Positions 1 through 6,734 of a stretch of 32,000 nucleotides of DNA are shown in pieces. The DNA is from Patescibacteria group bacterium. GTDB taxonomy: Bacteria; Patescibacteriota; Patescibacteriia; 2-01-FULL-39-33. The stretch covers positions 120,001 through 152,000 of the forward strand of contig JBAZMW010000001.1 in assembly GCA_041649575.1 (NCBI GenBank). The letters run 5' to 3'. A program made the position numbers and the translations under genes. Below the pieces are notes generated by a model. That model did no database searches, was not told where the DNA came from, and was given only the letters and a program-made list of their open reading frames with translations. Within the stretch, counting starts at the first letter, position 1. Every line of letters starts with the position of its first letter.

Positions 1-182
1 TCAAGGTTTATCGGGCGATGCGCAATATGACGCAGGAAGAGCTGGCCGAGGAGGTTGGCGTCACTCGCCAGACTATTATCGCGATTGAAAAAAATAAATA
101 TGTGCCGTCCTTGGAGCTGGCTTTCAGGATTACCAGAGTTTTTAATGAGACAATAGAAAATGTTTTTCAGTATCAAAAATAA
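1..182 (+). CDS. XRE-family (Cro/C1-type) helix-turn-helix regulator, C-terminal part; 5' end lies outside the window
   Basis: Frame 3 is open from the window edge to TAA at 180-182. The translation [54 protein letters not shown] has the classic HTH_3 pattern ([21 protein letters not shown]). Confidence 0.8.
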   Translation, partial: KVYRAMRNMTQEELAEEVGVTRQTIIAIEKNKYVPSLELAFRITRVFNETIENVFQYQK

Positions 183-199
183 AAATTTAAATTAAAATC

Positions 200-610
200 A
201 TGGGCATTCTTAAAAAAATTGATAAAAATTTGATTGGCTATATTATTGGTGTTGGAATTCTTCTTTTTCTTTTTATTTTTTTTATCACTTGCACGCAAAT
301 CGGCCATGACGTAAAAAAGCGCTGCGAGCTGGCTCAAAGCAGATATGGAGGCGAGTGCGTCGAGGCTTTAATGAGCCAGGTTGCCGACAGCTCCAGTCTA
401 TATGGGAAAAACAGTGCCATTTGGGCGTTGGGACAGCTGGGCGATAAAAAAGCGCTGCCATTTCTGGAAAGATATGACACACGAGAGCCGTTGCCTGATC
501 GTGGAATTCGCGGAGAATGGAACAAGGGAATCAGCCAGTATGAACTGCGCAAAGCCATCAAGCTTTTAAAGAGCGGATTCAATCTCTCGGCTTTTGTCTG
601 GCGTGATTAA
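200..610 (+). CDS. Small membrane-anchored protein with a HEAT (PBS-lyase type) repeat
   Basis: ATG ORF of 136 aa. One N-terminal TM helix (LIGYIIGVGILLFLFIFFITC). The AIWALGQLGDKKALPFLE motif is typical of HEAT_PBS repeats. It starts 18 nt after the XRE gene stop. Confidence 0.55.
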   Translation: MGILKKIDKNLIGYIIGVGILLFLFIFFITCTQIGHDVKKRCELAQSRYGGECVEALMSQVADSSSLYGKNSAIWALGQLGDKKALPFLERYDTREPLPDRGIRGEWNKGISQYELRKAIKLLKSGFNLSAFVWRD

Positions 611-679
611 TAACCGTAAGGGAAGTTGGCCGGCTGGTGTATTTATGGCCGCTGGTTTTATAGAAGTTTCAATAAATTT

Positions 680-1324
680 ATGAAAAATAATTTACCTCCA
701 AGAGAGTTTAGGATTTTAAAAAGGTTAAAAACTCCAGCTAAGATCCAAGATTTTTTAAATACCATAAAAATTAATTTTGAAGAGGACGGGGATACCTCTC
801 TATCGCCCATGTCGGTGCTGGAAAGGGGCGTTTGCCATTGCGCCGAGGGAGCGATTTTGGCGGCGTTGGCTTTGCGCGTCAATGGCTACCCGCCGCTGGT
901 GCTCGACCTCACCGCCAATAAAAACGATTTTGATCACGTGGTGGCTGTTTTTAAAAAAGACGGGAAGTGGGGAGCGATATCAAAAACCAATCACGCGGTT
1001 TTGAGGTATCGGGAACCGGTTTACGGTTCGATTCGGGAATTGGTCATGAGTTATTTTCACGAATATTTCGACGATCAAGGCCGGAAAAATTTAAGGAGTT
1101 TTTCCAGGCCGGTCAACCTCAAAAGATTCGACCGTCGTGGCTGGATGACAACCAAGGAGGAGGTCGATTATATTATTGAGTATCTGGCTGACGTCAAACA
1201 CTTTCCTATAATCAACAGAAAACAAATCAGAAACCTGAAGAAAGCCGACCCGATTGAGATAAAAGCGGGATTATTGGTGGATTGGAAAGAAAAAAATAAT
1301 CCCATGCCCGAAGGCAGGGATTAA
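680..1324 (+). CDS. Transglutaminase-like / papain-fold cysteine peptidase superfamily protein
   Basis: The ORF track starts at TTG 626; ATG 680 (MKNNLPPREF) is the more plausible start. Cys-His-Asp-type arrangement: GVCHCAEGAILAALALRVNGYP, then DHVVAVFKKDGKWGAISKTN. Confidence 0.55.
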   Translation: MKNNLPPREFRILKRLKTPAKIQDFLNTIKINFEEDGDTSLSPMSVLERGVCHCAEGAILAALALRVNGYPPLVLDLTANKNDFDHVVAVFKKDGKWGAISKTNHAVLRYREPVYGSIRELVMSYFHEYFDDQGRKNLRSFSRPVNLKRFDRRGWMTTKEEVDYIIEYLADVKHFPIINRKQIRNLKKADPIEIKAGLLVDWKEKNNPMPEGRD

Positions 1325-1904
1325 AGAGGGGACCATGGTGCAAGCGCGGGTCTGGCAGGCGAGCTACTTGGCCGCATCGGGAGGAGAGGCGGCCTCCGGA
1401 GGAGGACTGATGTCCAGGTGGCTATAGTGGATGATGCTGTCGGTCAACCAGAAGCCGGGCAAGAAGTCGGGACCGACATAACCTAATTTCACGGTCAGTG
1501 TTCGCGTTTCCTCGTCGACTTGGTAATCGCCGGCGCCTCTGACGATTATCTCCAGGCGTTGAGGCTGGGGATCTTCTGGCGGCAACGCGGTCCAGATTGT
1601 CAGCCAGGTCTTCGCCTGGACGGCGCCGGCAACGGATTTCAGAGCCAGTTTTGTCTCTCTTGCGGAGGGAGCGTAGTTGGGACCCAGTTTGCCGCACTCC
1701 TCGTCGGTCAGAGCCTCGCCCTTGACCATCTTCTCCCTTATGGGCTTGGTTTGATCGACAAGGAAAGTGCTCGCGGCCAACCAAGCAATTACAGCCAGGA
1801 ACATCACCACCACCAGCAGTTCGAGCAGTGTAATGCCACTCTTCTCGTTCATTAGAGTTCTCCTGTTGAAGGTTCGTTTTTGTGTGCTGGATTTAAGCTA
1901 TAAT
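1302..1904. other. Compositionally atypical patch (island 1) containing the prepilin-like gene
   Basis: Hand counts give 36/60 GC (1381-1440) and 33/60 GC (1441-1500). Flanking AT-rich DNA gives 20/60 at 2041-2100. An exact 8-mer AAATAATC occurs at 1294-1301 and 1905-1912. The gene inside has a strong SD. Confidence 0.45.
1364..1852 (-). CDS. Prepilin-type N-terminal cleavage/methylation domain protein (type IV pilin / pseudopilin-like), GC-rich
   Basis: 162 aa. MNEKSG|ITLLELLVVVMFLAVIAWLAAS is a class III signal: short basic leader, Gly at -1, Glu at +5, hydrophobic helix. SD is CAGGAGAACTCTA-ATG. The C-terminus is proline-rich (SPPPEAASPPDAAK). Confidence 0.7.
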   Translation of the reverse strand: MNEKSGITLLELLVVVMFLAVIAWLAASTFLVDQTKPIREKMVKGEALTDEECGKLGPNYAPSARETKLALKSVAGAVQAKTWLTIWTALPPEDPQPQRLEIIVRGAGDYQVDEETRTLTVKLGYVGPDFLPGFWLTDSIIHYSHLDISPPPEAASPPDAAK

Positions 1905-1923
1905 AAATAATCGAATTTGTCAA
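1895..1923 (-). promoter_or_regulatory. Candidate sigma70-type promoter for the prepilin-like gene
   Basis: On the minus strand: TTGACA (1923-1918), 17 nt, TAGCTT (1900-1895). The -35 is perfect and the -10 is weak. Confidence 0.3.
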
Positions 1924-1978
1924 AGGATGGTTTTTTTAGTAAAATAAAAAGACCATTTATTTTATTAAAGCTTCTGGC

Positions 1979-2725
1979 ATGACGGTCTTATTTTATTCAA
2001 TAATCAGCGTTTTACTTATTAGTCTGGTCTCTTTGGTGGGAGTCGCGGCTTTCTTTTTCAAAGAGAGAGTTTTAAACAGAATTCTGCTTTTTTTCATTTC
2101 TTTTTCCGCCGGCAGCTTGATGGGCGGGGCCTTTTTCCACCTGCTGCCGGAAGTTCTGGACGAGGGCGTTCGGCCGCTAGAAATTTTTGTTTATGTGCTG
2201 GTCGGTTTCTCTTTATTTTTTATTTTGGAAAAATTTCTACGCTGGCGCCACTGCCATGACAGCGACTGCGCCAAACACCATCATTTGGGTTGGATGAACC
2301 TGATCGGTGACGGTGTCCACAATCTGATTGATGGCCTGATAGTTTTTTCCGCTTTTACACTGGGGCCGCAACTGGGCGTACCGGTAATGGTTTCCATAAT
2401 TTTGCACGAAGTGCCGCAGGAGTTCAGCGATTTTGGAGTTTTGGTTTATTCCGGTTTCAGCCGCTTGAGAGCGCTGGCCTACAATTTACTTTCGGCTTTA
2501 GCAAGTGTCTTAGGAGTTTTTATAGCTTATTTTTTGGTTGGCCTTGATCAGTCGATCAACGATTTGCTTTTGCCGCTGGCCGCCGGCGGGTTTATTTATA
2601 TTGCCGCTTCCGATCTCATTCCCGAACTCCACAAAGAAAGAAAATTTTTCAACTCCCTGGTTTCTTTTTTATTTTTTTTATTGGCCTTGATTTTTATGTT
2701 CGCCATTAAGTTTCTACTGGAGTAG
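1979..2725 (+). CDS. ZIP-family divalent metal (Zn/Fe) transporter
   Basis: 248 aa, polytopic. A His-rich loop (RHCHDSDCAKHHH) plus the signature motifs HNLIDGL and HEVPQEFSDFGVL. Confidence 0.85.
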   Translation: MTVLFYSIISVLLISLVSLVGVAAFFFKERVLNRILLFFISFSAGSLMGGAFFHLLPEVLDEGVRPLEIFVYVLVGFSLFFILEKFLRWRHCHDSDCAKHHHLGWMNLIGDGVHNLIDGLIVFSAFTLGPQLGVPVMVSIILHEVPQEFSDFGVLVYSGFSRLRALAYNLLSALASVLGVFIAYFLVGLDQSINDLLLPLAAGGFIYIAASDLIPELHKERKFFNSLVSFLFFLLALIFMFAIKFLLE

Positions 2726-2747
2726 TCATTTAATCAGCAATATAGTT

Positions 2748-3014
2748 ATGAAAATTCTAAGAATTACCGCCAGCTGGTGCCCGGAATGCGCTATTATGGG
2801 ATTTCGTTGGCAAGAAATAAAAAAAGAATTTCCGCAATTAGCCATTGAGGAGGTTGATTTTGATAAGCAGCAGGAGCTAAAGCAAAAATATCAGATTGAT
2901 AAAGCCTCGACTTTTATTTTTTTTGATCAGCAGGGGCAGGAATTATTAAGAAGGCATGGTTTATTGGAAACAAAGGAGTTAATTCAACTTATTAAAGAAA
3001 ATCAAAATAAATAG
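2748..3014 (+). CDS. Small cytoplasmic thioredoxin-fold protein (WCPEC active site)
   Basis: 88 aa with no signal peptide. WCPEC sits at the expected position. The loop that normally holds the cis-Pro reads ASTFIFF, so there is no Pro. Confidence 0.7.
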   Translation: MKILRITASWCPECAIMGFRWQEIKKEFPQLAIEEVDFDKQQELKQKYQIDKASTFIFFDQQGQELLRRHGLLETKELIQLIKENQNK

Positions 3015-3017
3015 GTT

Positions 3018-4217
3018 ATGACTATAAAAAAAATAATTAGACCGGTTTTGCTGGTGATTTTATCGGTTTTGGTGGCTGGTTTTTGCCTGGGAGTCGCCAG
3101 CCAGCCGGCCAGAGCCGAAGCCGCGGAAGTCAACCTTTTCTATAGTCCGACCTGTCCGCACTGCACCAAGGAAAGGGCTTTTTTGGATGTGATAGAAAAC
3201 AAATACCCGCAGATAAAGGTGAACCGCTTTAATGTCACCGAGGCGGGCAGTGTTGATAAGTTGAAGGAGTTTTACGGCAAATATAAAGTGCCAGAAGATT
3301 CCTGGGGGTTGGTGCCGGTGACTTTTATCGCCGATAAGTTTTTCTTGGGTTTTAGCGACAGCACGGCCAAAGAAATCGAGAACTGTCTGACCGATCTGTG
3401 CCAGGTCGATATCAGCGCCGGCGGTGCAACCGGCGACAGCTTTACCCGTTGGTTGTCCCTGCCGTTTGGCAAACAAATTGACGTTTCCAAATTCTCGCCC
3501 CTAACCCTAAGTATCGTAGTGGGGTTTCTGGATGGTTTTAATGTTTGCTCTATGATGGCCCTGATTTTTTTATTGACGGCCATGGCCTCAACCGGCCGCC
3601 GGCGAAAAGTGATTTTGGTGGGAGGTGTTTTTATTCTGGTTTCCGGCTTAATTTATTTTTTGTTTATCTCGGCTTGGCTGAATTTATTTTTATTCTTGGG
3701 CTACATTAAGATAATTACTGTCGGCGTAGCGGTGTTGATTATAATTTTTGCCGCCCTGCTGCTAAAGGAATATTTCGCCAATATCATTTGCAAGCTTTGC
3801 GATGTCAAGGAAGAAAAAGAAAGTTTTTTTGTTAAGGCGCAAAAAAGGCTGTTCACGCAGATGATCAAGCTTTCGGCCGCCGAAATGCCTTTGATTTTAA
3901 CGCTGTTAGGAGTGGCTTTGGTGGCCATTGGCGTTAATACTATCGAGCTGATGTGTTCCCTGGGTTTTCCCATGGCTTACACTAAGATCTTAGCCGGCCA
4001 TCACCTGGCCACGGCAGCCTATTATTTTTATCTTTTTATCTACATTTTCTTTTACATGTTGATCGAATTTGTCATTTTTTTGGCGGCGGTGGTGACGCTA
4101 AGAGTTGTCAGCTTGTCGGATAAATATTTCAAAGCGATTAAACTGGTCAGCGGTATAATTTTATTACTGCTGGGCCTGGCCATGTTGTTTAGGCCGGAGC
4201 TGTTGAATTTTGGCTAA
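3018..4217 (+). CDS. Fusion of a secreted thioredoxin/DsbA-like domain (CPHC) to a CcdA/DsbD-like polytopic membrane domain
   Basis: 399 aa. Signal peptide ends in ARA-EA. Trx module has YSPTCPHC plus the cis-Pro loop VPVTFI. At least 6 TM helices follow, with Cys in an early TM (DGFNVCSMMAL), a loop CKLC, and Cys in a later TM (IELMCSLGFP). The membrane-domain family assignment is tentative. Confidence 0.65.
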   Translation: MTIKKIIRPVLLVILSVLVAGFCLGVASQPARAEAAEVNLFYSPTCPHCTKERAFLDVIENKYPQIKVNRFNVTEAGSVDKLKEFYGKYKVPEDSWGLVPVTFIADKFFLGFSDSTAKEIENCLTDLCQVDISAGGATGDSFTRWLSLPFGKQIDVSKFSPLTLSIVVGFLDGFNVCSMMALIFLLTAMASTGRRRKVILVGGVFILVSGLIYFLFISAWLNLFLFLGYIKIITVGVAVLIIIFAALLLKEYFANIICKLCDVKEEKESFFVKAQKRLFTQMIKLSAAEMPLILTLLGVALVAIGVNTIELMCSLGFPMAYTKILAGHHLATAAYYFYLFIYIFFYMLIEFVIFLAAVVTLRVVSLSDKYFKAIKLVSGIILLLLGLAMLFRPELLNFG

Positions 4218-4310
4218 TTTGGCCGGCTGGAAAAGTAACTTGATTGTTTTTTGATTTTTTTTGTAGTAAAATTAATAATGAATTAATTAAGATAAAAATA
4301 ACCCAAATTT

Positions 4311-5243
4311 ATGTTTAACTCCTTGAAAAAGAAAAAAAATTCGTCCAAAGAGGAAGAAGGCCACAAGAAAAAAACGGAGAGTAATTTCGCCGTGGGCATA
4401 GCGGTGGGCGTGGTGGTAGCCGTGATCATTTTGGCGATTATCGGCGCTTTAGTTTTTGTGGTAGCCCAAAAAGGCAAACTTGGCAAAAAAACTGGAGATG
4501 GTTTGACCAACACCAATCAGGCGGCCAGCGCAGCGGAAAAGGCTAAATTAAGGATCACCATCGTTACCTCTAAAAATTGCCAAGAATGTTTTGATATTAA
4601 TTTATTACTCCAGGCTTTGCGGCAGAACAACATAGAAGAAAAAGGCACGGAAACTTTGTATATCGAGGACAACGCCACTAAGACCCTGCTCGACAAATAT
4701 AAAATCACCAAAATCCCGACAGTTTTAATCGCCGGCGAGCTAGATAAAAACCCCAATCTAAAAAGCGCCTGGCCGCAACTGGGAGAGATTATCGATGGCG
4801 TTTTTGTCTTTAGGGAAATCATCCCTCCTTATATAGAAGTTGCCACGGGACAAGTCAGGGGTAAATTTTCCGTCATTTTTCTAACCGATAAGAGTTGTGA
4901 TAAGTGTTACGATATCAATCTGCACAATACGGCCTTGACCAATTTGGGCATGAAACCGTCCGAGACCAAAACAATAGATGTTGCCAGTGATGAGGGGAAG
5001 GCGCTGGTCAAAGAATATGGAATTAAGGCTGTTCCCACAATTCTCCTGCAGGGTGAGCTAAGTGAATACCAGAATTTGAGTCAGGTCTGGCCGACTGTTG
5101 GCACGGTGGCCGAAGATGGCACTTATATTTTTACCAAAATGGACGAGATGGGGACTTATAAGGATTTGACCAAAGGCAAGGTGGTGGAAGTCAAGCCGCA
5201 ATCGGCAACGACCGATCAGACAGCGACTCCAGTTAGTCAATAG
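4311..5243 (+). CDS. Membrane-anchored protein with two tandem thioredoxin-fold CxxC modules
   Basis: 310 aa. Lys-rich N-terminus and one TM helix. Module 1 has CQEC (4578-4589) and the cis-Pro loop IPTVLI. Module 2 has CDKC (4896-4907) and VPTILL. The two modules align with each other along their full length. Confidence 0.65.
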   Translation: MFNSLKKKKNSSKEEEGHKKKTESNFAVGIAVGVVVAVIILAIIGALVFVVAQKGKLGKKTGDGLTNTNQAASAAEKAKLRITIVTSKNCQECFDINLLLQALRQNNIEEKGTETLYIEDNATKTLLDKYKITKIPTVLIAGELDKNPNLKSAWPQLGEIIDGVFVFREIIPPYIEVATGQVRGKFSVIFLTDKSCDKCYDINLHNTALTNLGMKPSETKTIDVASDEGKALVKEYGIKAVPTILLQGELSEYQNLSQVWPTVGTVAEDGTYIFTKMDEMGTYKDLTKGKVVEVKPQSATTDQTATPVSQ

Positions 5244-5253
5244 AAATTACTAT

Positions 5254-5289
5254 AAAAAATTCATCCTGCTAATCGGGATGAATTTTTTT
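5254..5289. terminator. Bidirectional rho-independent terminator between convergent genes
   Basis: AAAAAATTCATCC (5254-5266), 9-nt loop, GGATGAATTTTTT (5276-5288). There is an A-tract on one side and a T-tract on the other. Confidence 0.65.
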
Positions 5290-5318
5290 GTGGTTTAAGC
5301 AAATATTGAAAATCACCA

Positions 5319-5822
5319 TTATTTAAGAATGGTCACATCTTTAGGCAGTTTTTCTATAATGATATTTAAATCAAGCGCAGAATATTTATTGCCAGAAAGA
5401 TTAAGCGTTTTGAGATTTTTTAAATTTCCCAACTCATAAGGAAGGCCCGTCAGCTGGTTGTTTGATAAATCTAATATTTGTAAATTTTGCAATTGGCCGA
5501 TTTCTGCGGGAACACCAGTCATAAGATTATTACTGACGTTGAGCACCTTGAGATTTGACAGATGTCTAATCTCGGCCTGAATTGCTCCAGTAAGCTGGTT
5601 GTTAGATAAGTTTAATTCTTCTAAATTTGTCTGGCTAAAGACGTAATCGGGAACCTTTGTCAGTTGTTGATTGCTCAAATCCAGCTTGTTTTTTCCCGAT
5701 AATGGCGACCCGTTATTGACGGGTAGGTTTGAATTGGTATTTGTTTGATTGGGTTGTCCCGACAAGGTACAGCCACTTAACAGTATGCTAGCGGCGATGA
5801 CTAATAGAATTTTGTGCTTCAT
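5319..5822 (-). CDS. Leucine-rich-repeat (LRR) lipoprotein
   Basis: Start moved to ATG 5822 (MKHKILLVIAASILLSGC, lipobox LSGC). About 6 repeats of the LxxLxLSNNQLTGxP type follow (LEELNLSNNQLTG, LKVLNVSNNLMTGVP, LQILDLSNNQLTGLP, LKTLNLSGNKYS). Confidence 0.8.
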   Translation of the reverse strand: MKHKILLVIAASILLSGCTLSGQPNQTNTNSNLPVNNGSPLSGKNKLDLSNQQLTKVPDYVFSQTNLEELNLSNNQLTGAIQAEIRHLSNLKVLNVSNNLMTGVPAEIGQLQNLQILDLSNNQLTGLPYELGNLKNLKTLNLSGNKYSALDLNIIIEKLPKDVTILK

Positions 5823-5859
5823 TTGTTTTAAATTAGGGTTAATTAAAGTTAATCTTGTT

Positions 5860-5888
5860 ATGTTACCAAAGAGGGTATGATTTTGCAA
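5860..5888 (-). promoter_or_regulatory. Candidate promoter of the LRR lipoprotein gene
   Basis: On the minus strand: TTGCAA (5888-5883), 17 nt, TAACAT (5865-5860). Confidence 0.4.
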
Positions 5889-5976
5889 ACCAAGTGCAGG
5901 GTTTTACCAGGGCAGGCATTTCGAAAAGGGATGTCTTTTGCCGGTTCTCCACCATAAAATAAAAACTATTTTCAAG

Positions 5977-6005
5977 TTGCGTTTTTCTCCCTAAAATAGT
6001 ATAAT
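5977..6005 (+). promoter_or_regulatory. Candidate promoter of the rsmI-metG run, predicting a near-leaderless transcript
   Basis: TTGCGT (5977-5982), 17 nt, TATAAT (6000-6005). The rsmI ATG is at 6015, only 9 nt after the -10. Confidence 0.45.
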
Positions 6006-6014
6006 TCAGGCGTT

Positions 6015-6695
6015 ATGAAATTATATATCGTAGCCACGCCCCTTGGCAATTTGGGAGACATTACTTTAAGAGCGCTGGAAATTTTAAAGTCGGTACCACT
6101 GATTTTATGCGAAGACACACGTGTTTCGCAAAAGCTTTTGGAACATTTTCAAATAAAATCAAGACTGATTTCCTACCATCAGCACAGCGGTCCGGCCAAG
6201 GTAGGGCAGATAATTAGTTTACTGGAAGAAAAAGGTGAAGCGGCTTTAATCACCGATGCCGGCACGCCGGGCATTTCCGATCCAGGCAATCAACTGATAG
6301 CCAGGTTGATCGCGAGTGAAGTAAACGATTGGGAAATTATTTCGATTCCCGGAGCTTCGGCCCTAACGGCCGCCTTATCGATCTCCGGCTTGCCGACAGA
6401 CAAATTTTTATTTCTGGGTTTTCTGCCGCACAAAAAAGGCAAGGAGACGACCCTAAAGAGAATTGCCGAGAGCGAAGAAACAGTGGTTTTCTACGAATCA
6501 ACACATAGAATTATCAAAACTTTAGAAAAATTAGCGGAATATTTGGACAAAAAAAGAAAGGTAATCGTCTGCCGCGAGCTGACCAAAAAATTTGAAACCG
6601 TTTATCGCGGCAGTATCAATCAGGTTTTGGAAAAATTGAAAGCCGATGTCACCAAAGGAGAATTTGTCGTGGTGGTCGGCGGGAAGCGGTTTTAA
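6015..6695 (+). CDS. rsmI: 16S rRNA (cytidine1402-2'-O)-methyltransferase
   Basis: 226 aa. N-terminus LYIVATPLGNLGDITLRALEILKSVPLILCEDTR and TDAGTPGISDPG are the RsmI/tetrapyrrole-methylase-fold signatures. Confidence 0.9.
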   Translation: MKLYIVATPLGNLGDITLRALEILKSVPLILCEDTRVSQKLLEHFQIKSRLISYHQHSGPAKVGQIISLLEEKGEAALITDAGTPGISDPGNQLIARLIASEVNDWEIISIPGASALTAALSISGLPTDKFLFLGFLPHKKGKETTLKRIAESEETVVFYESTHRIIKTLEKLAEYLDKKRKVIVCRELTKKFETVYRGSINQVLEKLKADVTKGEFVVVVGGKRF

Positions 6696-6734
6696 AATCA
6701 AAAAACTGATTATCGTTTGAGAATTAATATTGAT

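Noticed and set aside
1422-1855. Alternative-frame ORFs in island 1 (1422-1784 minus, 1520-1855 plus)
   Set aside because: They overlap the 162-aa ORF, which has a class III signal peptide and an SD. The alternatives are Arg-rich with no start signals.
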